A DNA stretch of 64,000 nucleotides from a virus. Numbering within the stretch: position 1 is the stretch's first letter; every line of letters starts with the position of its first letter. The position numbers and the translations under genes are program-made. Below the pieces are notes generated by a model. That model searched no databases. It worked only from the letters and a program-made list of their open reading frames with translations, and was not told where the DNA came from. Below, piece by piece: positions 1-7,342 of the stretch. The DNA lies in IMG/VR virus record IMGVR_UViG_3300025133_000032. One strand, given 5' to 3'.

Positions 1-1
1 A

Positions 2-319
2 AACAGACTCGGCGACAACCGTCGTTGCAAGTTCAAAGTTAGCAACGAAATTCATAGGAACGAATAATTTATTGTCAACAATCGCCTCAAGGTGGACATT
101 GTTACGCCCAGGATTAACAAACTCCTGTAGAGCTGGAATATCTACTCTTACGTCGCCATCATCCGTCGGCGCACCATGGAACATAAGCTCTAAGCCATTC
201 TTTCCCTCGCAGACAAGTCTCCAAACAGATTTCGCGTCGCTTGAACCCTGTACTTTAACACAAAATGTTAATTTATTCTTCTCATCTAGTTTTAGAGAGA
301 TAGCCTCAGTCTCATTCAT
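2..319 (-). CDS. Hypothetical phage protein, 3' end truncated by window edge (MNETEAISLKLDEKNKLTFCVKVQG...)
   Basis: Manual translation is open from ATG 319 (or GTG 325) to the window edge; AGGAG Shine-Dalgarno at ~329-333; absent from the ORF track because no stop is reached. Confidence 0.75.
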   Translation of the reverse strand, partial: MNETEAISLKLDEKNKLTFCVKVQGSSDAKSVWRLVCEGKNGLELMFHGAPTDDGDVRVDIPALQEFVNPGRNNVHLEAIVDNKLFVPMNFVANFELATTVVAESV

Positions 320-343
320 ATTCACTTACTCCTGTTATAAGTA

Positions 344-925
344 TTAGATTCTATACTTAATTATAACAGGAACTGCGCCTCTATTCGTTAACTTTTTTAA
401 AAGTAGCTGATTCATGTTATTGTATGTATATCTATCATACAGTTTGTCTATTGTTTGTGTATTATTCATTGTTGTCATACAGGATACGTCAATTAAGATT
501 TCAATAACTTCACAAAATTTTTGCGATAACTCTGAATATACTGGATGCCCACCGACGCCAGAAGCTTCAGCGTAGCCTAACTTGCCCATATCAGCGTAAT
601 AACCGAATAGAGAATTTGTTATTACGCTGTCATTTAAAAACCCAGATACAAACAACGAGACATCACCGAGCCTTTTAAAAGCATGAGTGCGTTCTTCTCG
701 TTGTTTGTATAACGCATTTTCGTACAGCACTACAAGAGGAGTTGTGCCATTATAATTAGTACCAAATTCATGCAGCATAACAGGATCTGCAAATGTGGTT
801 AATAAATTTGTTAAATACTGTTTAGATAAATCACTTAATAAGAAGCCAGTTTTGTCTAAACAATCATTTAAAAGGTTCTGGAAATATAAGAAAATTGTAT
901 TTTCGACTAAGTCTTTTTTGTTCAC
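344..925 (-). CDS. Conserved hypothetical protein of bacterial (Myxococcota/Proteobacteria-like) type
   Basis: Motifs YLxNLLxxF, PLxxLYxxAL, RLGDVSLFVSGF, YYxxMGxxxY, VYxELSxKF match a bacterial uncharacterised family recalled from memory. Confidence 0.65.
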   Translation of the reverse strand: MNKKDLVENTIFLYFQNLLNDCLDKTGFLLSDLSKQYLTNLLTTFADPVMLHEFGTNYNGTTPLVVLYENALYKQREERTHAFKRLGDVSLFVSGFLNDSVITNSLFGYYADMGKLGYAEASGVGGHPVYSELSQKFCEVIEILIDVSCMTTMNNTQTIDKLYDRYTYNNMNQLLLKKLTNRGAVPVIIKYRI

Positions 926-938
926 TTATAAGTATATA

Positions 939-1172
939 TCATGATGCGAGTGTAATAAAATCTTCTCTCCATTGTGAAATGGTTTCATTGACCAAAACAT
1001 TCCAGTATCTATGTTCTGTATCGACAGCTTCATATGCCGTATCATCGATGTCAATTATAATCCCTAAACCAGACAACGACAGTGTTGTTAATGTAGTTAA
1101 CGAAATTTTGCAGTTATTTTCTGGTTGTGACCAGATATGAAAAACGGAATCACCAGGCGTAAATTTATTCAT
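939..1172 (-). CDS. Small hypothetical protein (FxPGD start, SH3-like candidate)
   Basis: 77-aa ORF packed in the minus-strand gene run; TATAAT 5 nt before ATG. Confidence 0.6.
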   Translation of the reverse strand: MNKFTPGDSVFHIWSQPENNCKISLTTLTTLSLSGLGIIIDIDDTAYEAVDTEHRYWNVLVNETISQWREDFITLAS

Positions 1173-1203
1173 ATTTAATTATACAATGAAGTGAATAGAA
1201 AAA

Positions 1204-1623
1204 CTATAATAAATCAGCTATATTATTCTTATAGAAAAGTTCTTTCACTTCATCATAAAGTTTCATAGAGTCATTTTCTCTCTCTATTTTTCTTACAGTG
1301 GCAGCGGCGCACTCGTCTGTCCACTCAGCAAGCTTTAAATTATATACCTGAAGTTTGTCTTTATATTCAGCTAGTTGCTTTTCATATTTTGCATTTGGTG
1401 TGATTATTACGTATGAGACGTATGCGACATTATTATTAACCTGCACAGTGATGTTGCTTGCAGGTACATCAGTAGGTATGAGATTTATTAGATCGGCAAG
1501 GGTGGTAGATCCACTAGATGATGACCAAATGCACTCTGTCTTTTTTGTCGTTTCGTTGGGTCTACGAGGTTTTGACGGCTTCTTTGAGACAAGCTCTGTA
1601 ACTATGTTTCTAACTTTCTGCAT
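1204..1623 (-). CDS. Hypothetical protein with C-terminal coiled coil
   Basis: 139-aa ORF; helical heptad-like C-terminus (YEKQLAEYKDKLQVYNLKLAEW). Confidence 0.65.
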   Translation of the reverse strand: MQKVRNIVTELVSKKPSKPRRPNETTKKTECIWSSSSGSTTLADLINLIPTDVPASNITVQVNNNVAYVSYVIITPNAKYEKQLAEYKDKLQVYNLKLAEWTDECAAATVRKIERENDSMKLYDEVKELFYKNNIADLL

Positions 1624-1644
1624 GTGATATCCAATAATAACTAT

Positions 1645-2262
1645 TTATGAATCTGGATTAAAGCCACCATGGACTATTAAGCCATGTACGTCTTGCTTTA
1701 AAATGATAGCTATACGTGCGTGCTCTATACACCAGTCTTTGATGGCTGTGAATCTTCTCTGTGCTTCGCGATCAGCAAAATCATCTATTATGTAAATTAT
1801 TTTCTTTTTAAGGTGAAGCAAACTTGGCTTGTATAAATGAATCTTTCCAGAAGAATCTTCCCAGGGTATTTTCGCGCCTGAATCGACGTATACTGGATCA
1901 TTCGCTTTGACGCACGCGTTAAAAAGCTCGACATCAGCGTACGTTGCAAGATATTCTTCTTGTCCATTAAATGGATTAGCGAACCAGCCTGGTGAATTAA
2001 TAACAACATCTGCAGGTGTCACAGACATTGAGTTTTGCAAGCCGGAATTATCATGCCCTTTAATATATTTTGCAAACCCGCCCTTTCTCCATGGAAGCCT
2101 TTCTGAGCACCCGCAAATGCAGACTGGCCAGATGTTATTATGTTCATATTTAACGATATATTCTGGCCAGTCTGTTTCATGTGCAGTTCTAACATGTCGC
2201 GCAAGAACATTATTTGAGTTCGCAACGGCTTTATCACAAATTTTACAAATAAGCGTTTTCAT
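1645..2262 (-). CDS. C2H2/CxCGC zinc-finger protein with degenerate TnsA-like PD-(D/E)xK domain
   Basis: CKIC...HVRTAH, PVCICGC and KYIKGH motifs; C-terminal IPWEDSSGKIHLYKPSLL...IIYII resembles IPY-D-GK-H-Y-PDF...IIEIK without the acidic catalytic residues. Confidence 0.6.
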   Translation of the reverse strand: MKTLICKICDKAVANSNNVLARHVRTAHETDWPEYIVKYEHNNIWPVCICGCSERLPWRKGGFAKYIKGHDNSGLQNSMSVTPADVVINSPGWFANPFNGQEEYLATYADVELFNACVKANDPVYVDSGAKIPWEDSSGKIHLYKPSLLHLKKKIIYIIDDFADREAQRRFTAIKDWCIEHARIAIILKQDVHGLIVHGGFNPDS

Positions 2263-2432
2263 CTATATTACTTTAAATATACACGCTTTTTGTAAAATTT
2301 GTTCAATAATTATTCTAATCCTTCAATTAGTGCCTATATTACATCCAGAACATACTTAAAGTAGAGCCTGTTGCCCTTTAGATACATGATATACTGATTA
2401 TTATAGAACCTATATTAAAAATATCATGGCAT

Positions 2433-2666
2433 CTAGATGTAAGCAGGAGTATTGAGTAAGCGAAGGAATCTTAAACAACTTTTGCCTATAATAAAGATGT
2501 CACCCTTGTAAAGGAAAGTGGCGCTTAAGGCGGTGGCGCTGGTATTTAAGCAGATAGCAACTTGCTTTGGCTTCATAACAGTAATGTGATATATACCACT
2601 CTTGATATTACTGTCTGTCATGAAGGGCCGCACTATTTCATACATACACCCAGGTTCAAACTTCAT
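2433..2666 (-). CDS. Small hypothetical protein (FEPGC start; related to paralogue array)
   Basis: 77-aa ORF overlapping the upstream gene stop by 11 nt. Confidence 0.55.
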   Translation of the reverse strand: MKFEPGCMYEIVRPFMTDSNIKSGIYHITVMKPKQVAICLNTSATALSATFLYKGDIFIIGKSCLRFLRLLNTPAYI

Positions 2667-2997
2667 CTCGTTTTCTTTCTACAGAGAGGCGCCAAGTATC
2701 ATTCTTTGACAATGTAGCCTCCAAGAAGCTATGTGGAACATCAAAGAATGGAGGACTATCAATCTCTGGTATTCTTAAATATCCCCAACTCTTTTGTGTC
2801 TTAAGATAAGTGCCTTCACCAATGACATAGCAGAATAACATTGGGCCTAAATTGTTTATGCATACAACCCATACATGTGATTTTTTATCATCATATTCAA
2901 CGCAGTTTTCTGTTACTTTCTCAACAACGGCTTGTCTGCCTTCACCAGGCATTGCTATCCAGCCATTAAGCTTCTTGTTATCGTCGTCTGTTGTCAT
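2656..2997 (-). CDS. Hypothetical protein, possibly DUF6927-like
   Basis: WGYLRIPEIDSPPFFDVPHSFLE...WRLSV resembles the WGYKxxxExxGPxxxxCPxxxL...WR pattern. Confidence 0.45.
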   Translation of the reverse strand: MTTDDDNKKLNGWIAMPGEGRQAVVEKVTENCVEYDDKKSHVWVVCINNLGPMLFCYVIGEGTYLKTQKSWGYLRIPEIDSPPFFDVPHSFLEATLSKNDTWRLSVERKRDEV

Positions 2998-2998
2998 A

Positions 2999-3583
2999 TT
3001 ACTTGATTACCTTATCAACCAAGCCGTATGCTACAGAATCTTTCGCGGAAAGATAAGTATCTCGTTCTGTATCCTTGGTTATTTTCTTCTTTTTTTGGCC
3101 AGTATGCTTTGCTAAGATCTTGGTTAGTTTCTTCTTGACAAATCGCATCTCAGTTGTGGCAATTTCCACGTCTGTGACTTGGCCATAGCAGCCCCCGGTA
3201 GGTTGATGAATCATTACCCTTGCGCTGGGAAGAATTGTTCTGTGCCCTTTGCTACCAGCAGCCAAAAGTACTGCAGCCATAGATGCAGCTTGGCCCATAC
3301 AAACTGTTGCTACCTTGCACTTTAAGGACTGCATTGTGTCATAAATCGCAAGGCCAGCCGAAACACTACCACCCGGGCAGTTTATATAGAGGTTGATTTT
3401 TGCATCGCTATCCGCTTGATCTAAAAATAACAACTGTGCAATCAGCACATTTGCAGTTTCATCATCAATAGCTGATGTTAAAAACAGTACTCTTTCTTTC
3501 ATCATGCGAGAATAAATGTCATAAACACGCTCGCCTTCATCAGTTTGTTCAATAATAATCGGTGTTGATACCATATAAATCAT
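2999..3583 (-). CDS. clpP: ATP-dependent Clp protease proteolytic subunit (probable start ATG 3574)
   Basis: YDIYSR, YINCPGGSV, GQAASMAAVLL (catalytic Ser), VMIHQP (His), ERDTYLSA (Asp), YGLVDKVI. Confidence 0.96.
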   Translation of the reverse strand: MIYMVSTPIIIEQTDEGERVYDIYSRMMKERVLFLTSAIDDETANVLIAQLLFLDQADSDAKINLYINCPGGSVSAGLAIYDTMQSLKCKVATVCMGQAASMAAVLLAAGSKGHRTILPSARVMIHQPTGGCYGQVTDVEIATTEMRFVKKKLTKILAKHTGQKKKKITKDTERDTYLSAKDSVAYGLVDKVIK

Positions 3584-3609
3584 TATATAACATTGTGTTT
3601 TAATTTACA

Positions 3610-3909
3610 CTAGATTCCTTTGCAAAGGAATTTGACGTTAGCCAATAGTGTAGTATGAAAAGAGGCAACTGTAGCATAAACTTTACCTTTTAAGAGAAGA
3701 TACAGATTATATTCATCACTTCCATTACTGTGTATATACCCTATAATGATGAAGTAATCAGACGCGAGGAAGTACGGGCAGGTCCACCCGGTCACCTGCC
3801 GACTATCAGACAAGGCAGCTAAACGGCAGTATGTTACTAGATTAACCAGCGAACCTAATGGATATAAGCGTTTTAAATGCTCTAAGCTATTAATATAGTC
3901 GGTGGACAT
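3610..3909 (-). CDS. Small paralogue-array protein (LEHLKRLYPLGSLV)
   Basis: 99 aa; shared [FY]PxGxL[VI] motif and IIIG...YNLYL. Confidence 0.7.
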   Translation of the reverse strand: MSTDYINSLEHLKRLYPLGSLVNLVTYCRLAALSDSRQVTGWTCPYFLASDYFIIIGYIHSNGSDEYNLYLLLKGKVYATVASFHTTLLANVKFLCKGI

Positions 3910-3942
3910 TACACTATTACCTCAAATGGGGTAGACATTATT

Positions 3943-4296
3943 TTACGTTAGATTTTTATTCATACTTGCGATCACACGAAAAGCTCTCAGGGGTGTTGAA
4001 TGAAAAAAGAAGTCAGTAGCATAGCATGTGTTGTTCAAAAAAAGGTATAGATTATAACTAACGTGAAAGTCAGTGCCGGTGTACGTGTGGCCTACAATTA
4101 CAAAATTGGTGCCAGGCTCAGCGGTAAAGTGTTCTAAAGTGCTTGTTGCATACCCGATCCAGGAGCCCACTACATTAGAATACACGGGTAAATCATCACC
4201 TGCCGCTATGACTTCGATTGCTTCGTTTGAAGTCGCGATCGCACCGAGCGGAAACAATCGTTTAAAGTGTTCTAGGCTTGTTATCGTATTGGGCAT
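3943..4296 (-). CDS. Small paralogue-array protein (LEHFKRLFPLGAIA)
   Basis: 117 aa; clear paralogue of 3610..3909 (YNLYL...YAT..FHxTxL). Confidence 0.7.
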   Translation of the reverse strand: MPNTITSLEHFKRLFPLGAIATSNEAIEVIAAGDDLPVYSNVVGSWIGYATSTLEHFTAEPGTNFVIVGHTYTGTDFHVSYNLYLFLNNTCYATDFFFHSTPLRAFRVIASMNKNLT

Positions 4297-4562
4297 CGCG
4301 CTATAACCTTGAATGGGACAAGAATGCTGTTTGAAATGTTTATCTTTACTATCATCCTATTAAAATAAAATCTAAATAATCGTGTATGAGATAGCTCACG
4401 CATCCCTAAAGAAACAAGCGGAGATGTATAAGGAACGTCTATAATTTCAGTCCAATCTTGCCAAAAATGAAAAGTAATGTCCGTAGAACTAACTACGAGA
4501 TCTCCTGGCTGGATGTAGTATTCACTGGGGGTCTCGTAGTAATAAGACTCGATATCAGACAT
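4281..4562 (-). CDS. Small paralogue-array protein (IQPGDLVV)
   Basis: 93 aa; overlaps both neighbours, consistent with translational coupling. Confidence 0.6.
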   Translation of the reverse strand: MSDIESYYYETPSEYYIQPGDLVVSSTDITFHFWQDWTEIIDVPYTSPLVSLGMRELSHTRLFRFYFNRMIVKINISNSILVPFKVIARCPIR

Positions 4563-4821
4563 GACGAAAAAGATCCTCGAGTGTTCTATAATAAAATGCA
4601 GCAGTAGTGTAATGTTCGCGCCTGTAGTAAAGATGAAGTCGGTAATAGTATGCGTGTGATTTCACAAACCCTAAAACGATGCCTGCAGTGTTTTCATCAA
4701 ACCATGGCTTGTCATTTGGCCGGGAGAGCACTCGATATAACCACAATCTCCTACATGAAACTGGAGATATCAGCGAGCCAATGGGGAATTCTTTTTCCAG
4801 TTCTTGAATGTACTTATCCAT
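4555..4821 (-). CDS. Small paralogue-array protein (LEKEFPIGSLISPVSCRRLWL)
   Basis: 88 aa; N-terminus nearly identical to 4814..5110. Confidence 0.7.
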   Translation of the reverse strand: MDKYIQELEKEFPIGSLISPVSCRRLWLYRVLSRPNDKPWFDENTAGIVLGFVKSHAYYYRLHLYYRREHYTTAAFYYRTLEDLFRHV

Positions 4822-5101
4822 TGTGGTAACCTGCTATAACTATAAAAAGCTCTTTGAACATTTCATTCCCATAGGCTGCAGTTATATAGCATGCACCTTT
4901 ATAGTAAATAACCATCCCATGATATGCTGCAGAATATTGCTCGAACCCTAAAACAACAGCAATTGTATCTTCAACAAAATCTAGTGCAGGTGCAGTGTAT
5001 GAACCTGCTGAGCCCGGTAACCACAGTCTTCTGCACGAAACTGGAGATATCAGCGAGCCAATAGGAAATTCTTTTTCCAGTGGTTGAATGCAATTATCCA
5101 T
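4741..5101. repeat. Direct repeat pair of 81 bp (4741-4821 and 5021-5101)
   Basis: Manual alignment gives 10 mismatches in 81 nt; covers the 5' ends of two adjacent paralogues. Confidence 0.9.
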
Positions 5102-5110
5102 TATAGACAC
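4814..5110 (-). CDS. Small paralogue-array protein (LEKEFPIGSLISPVSCRRLWL; likely start ATG 5101)
   Basis: 98 aa; recent duplicate of 4555..4821. Confidence 0.7.
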   Translation of the reverse strand: MSIMDNCIQPLEKEFPIGSLISPVSCRRLWLPGSAGSYTAPALDFVEDTIAVVLGFEQYSAAYHGMVIYYKGACYITAAYGNEMFKELFIVIAGYHNG

Positions 5111-5403
5111 CCGACCAATATAAAACTGTCTGTCAACTTTTCCAATGTGACACCATCCGTAGTGACTATGCCATCCGCAGAATATAGCGTTAGTGCTATA
5201 ATGCCTCGGTGCTTATATGGTTTTACGCAATTTAAGACTATAAAACATCCAGGTCTAGAGAAAGGTCGAAGGTAAGTAAGAGCGTCTTTCTTCACTTCAT
5301 AACGCATACATGTATGTGCGTTATATAAACTAGTAGCTGTTCGTTTAAGAGATATTAAAGCCCCAGCAGGAAACCCTTTTTTAGCTTGGGCTATCATAGA
5401 CAT
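5101..5403 (-). CDS. Small paralogue-array protein (KKGFPAGALIS...PGCFIVL)
   Basis: 100 aa; paralogue of 5394..5750 (PGCFxVL, ALxLxSxxGIxTT, FxLVxCL). Confidence 0.7.
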   Translation of the reverse strand: MSMIAQAKKGFPAGALISLKRTATSLYNAHTCMRYEVKKDALTYLRPFSRPGCFIVLNCVKPYKHRGIIALTLYSADGIVTTDGVTLEKLTDSFILVGCL

Positions 5404-5750
5404 TTGACCAGCATAAAGTTTTCTAATAATCTATAGAGTGGATCACCTGTAGTTGTTAATATACCACTCGTTGACCATAATATCAACGCAACTTGCTTAT
5501 CTCGCTTTACTTTCCAACCTAAAACCACAAAGCATCCTGGACCTCCGAGAGATTGGGAGAACATATATTCATTTAATATAGATGTATAGTGAATGTCTAC
5601 ACGCGGGCCTAAATCACCTCGCTTAATAATCCAATTCCCTCTAAAGAAAACTAAAGATCCACGGGGAAACTCTTTTTCTACATCAACCAGCAAATAATAT
5701 TTTTCGTGAACGAATAAACTTTCAGGAGATAATTTGTTTTTCCGTTCCAC
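5394..5750 (-). CDS. Small paralogue-array protein (VEKEFPRGSLVF...PGCFVVLG)
   Basis: 118 aa; first gene of the array, TATAAT 7 nt before GTG. Confidence 0.7.
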   Translation of the reverse strand: MERKNKLSPESLFVHEKYYLLVDVEKEFPRGSLVFFRGNWIIKRGDLGPRVDIHYTSILNEYMFSQSLGGPGCFVVLGWKVKRDKQVALILWSTSGILTTTGDPLYRLLENFMLVKCL

Positions 5751-5768
5751 TTAATATATTATATTACT

Positions 5769-7211
5769 TTATTCACAGATTTGCATCATATATTTTTTGC
5801 TGCCGCAGCCATAAATTTTGTTTACGCCCGCTACGCCAGCCACTGCTTGCTCAGTCATCCCGTCTTTTGCACGAAATTTAAATCTAGAATAACGTTTACT
5901 ACCATCATTATAGTCGTAGCTCAATCCTGTCCACCCTATATCTTCAAATCCAGCTTTTTTGTATCCTAAACCCTGGCCATATCGTAAATCTGCATAAGTG
6001 ACAATAGACTTATAACCTTTGCTTCGGCATATAAGACGACCTCGTTTTAAAAGCTTTTGCAATCCGCCTACTACACATGTATCAAGTAATGAAGCGAATC
6101 GAGCAACCTCAGCTGAGCCCTTGTATTTTGACGTGTGAAACGGCTTCCTGAAGGATATAGCAGATACTAACTCGTCTTTTTCATAGAGGCCTAAATTGAC
6201 TATCCCAGCCCTTGTATAACCAGCGACATGCGTTGAATCAAAGAATCGTCTAGCTTCTTGTGTAGAAATCTCTCTGACACTGCACTTTCTAGCGTATACT
6301 CTGCGCTTGGTGGTGCCCAACCTGTATGCTATCATTGACTTGACGATCGCCTGTTTATCTCTCCATTCATCCTCAAATATATGAATAAGATTAATATTTA
6401 AAGCTTCACACGCAACAGTCTTAGCGTAATGTCTATCTTTTCTTGTGTCTTTTTCGCTATATGAATGATAATAGAAGCTATCATATTCAATAGCAACTTT
6501 GCGAGATGGTATGTAGATATCAAGCTCTTTAGGCCCAATCGCTTCTCTGTCATTGTAAATTAAGTCTGTAATGCCTAATGTCTTTATGAAATCTGCTATC
6601 TCAAGTTGAGCGACAGACCCACCTGGATGACATGTCTTGCAGATAGGATTACGCTCAAAGTTAAGAAGTGTGTGTTCTATAACATCATCGCATGTTTGAC
6701 ACTTGAATAAAAGCTTCTGGCCTTGTCTGTACTTATAATCATTATAACTGGATAGGCATATGAACCTATCTGGCTTTGAGTTTACGCGATTTGAAAATTC
6801 TTCTAATGAAAGTCTATGTTTATCCGCATTAGACTTTTTGGCAGCATCAGTGTGTTTTTTTCCGTAGAAAGGATTCAGTTTACCAGGGAACGTCGATTTT
6901 TCAATTCTTGAATCAGTGTTGATTGTCTTGCCTTTATTCCATGCTTGAGCTTTCCCTCCCTTTGTGCCTCCTCGAGACTCAGCAATTGAACTATGTTTCT
7001 TGCAATAATCTTTAAAGTCATATGTGCAGTATCTAGTTGGTTCACCACACTCCAAGCATTCGGGTAGTTTACCAGCACGGAGGTATTTGACAGTGTATTC
7101 ATGAGCTTTTAACTTGTGCTTAGATAATACATGTTTAGAAAAGTGCCAGGGCCGAGTTTCAATGTGGCCGCAAATAGCGCATATCGTAGGGTATATTTTT
7201 TTGTTTGTCAT
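5769..7211 (-). CDS. Freestanding Hef-like homing endonuclease: Zn fingers, NUMOD3, Vsr/DUF559-like nuclease, C-terminal Mom/GNAT-like domain
   Basis: CAIC...HVLSKH; NPFYGKKHT (NUMOD3); ELDIYIPSRKVAIEYDSFYYHS and LIHIFEDEW; ARKCSVREI...GGLQKLL...TYADLRYG. Confidence 0.8.
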   Translation of the reverse strand: MTNKKIYPTICAICGHIETRPWHFSKHVLSKHKLKAHEYTVKYLRAGKLPECLECGEPTRYCTYDFKDYCKKHSSIAESRGGTKGGKAQAWNKGKTINTDSRIEKSTFPGKLNPFYGKKHTDAAKKSNADKHRLSLEEFSNRVNSKPDRFICLSSYNDYKYRQGQKLLFKCQTCDDVIEHTLLNFERNPICKTCHPGGSVAQLEIADFIKTLGITDLIYNDREAIGPKELDIYIPSRKVAIEYDSFYYHSYSEKDTRKDRHYAKTVACEALNINLIHIFEDEWRDKQAIVKSMIAYRLGTTKRRVYARKCSVREISTQEARRFFDSTHVAGYTRAGIVNLGLYEKDELVSAISFRKPFHTSKYKGSAEVARFASLLDTCVVGGLQKLLKRGRLICRSKGYKSIVTYADLRYGQGLGYKKAGFEDIGWTGLSYDYNDGSKRYSRFKFRAKDGMTEQAVAGVAGVNKIYGCGSKKYMMQICE

Positions 7212-7216
7212 GCATC

Positions 7217-7245
7217 ATTATACCTTTACGTGGCGTTGTTGTAAA
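7217..7245 (-). promoter_or_regulatory. Sigma70-type promoter for the endonuclease, leaderless geometry
   Basis: TTTACA (7245-7240), 17-nt spacer, TATAAT (7222-7217), 5 nt, ATG 7211. Confidence 0.8.
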
Positions 7246-7279
7246 CTTGCGTTGTAACAACTCAGCTCATTTTTTAAAG

Positions 7280-7307
7280 AAAAAAAGGGAGCCGCAAGGG
7301 CTCCCTT
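7280..7307 (-). terminator. Rho-independent terminator after the major capsid gene
   Basis: AAGGGAGCC-CTTGC-GGCTCCCTT stem-loop followed by a U-tract on the minus strand. Confidence 0.9.
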
Positions 7308-7342
7308 CTTAAGTTTAAGATTTCTCTAAGGTACCAATATTA

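Noticed and set aside
2263-2432. Possible decayed paralogue in the intergenic gap (FNIGSII fragment)
   Set aside because: Too short and interrupted by stops to support
4741-5101. 81-bp repeat pair as a DGR template/variable repeat
   Set aside because: Mismatches are not adenine-specific, both copies are 5' coding ends, and no reverse transcriptase is present in the window
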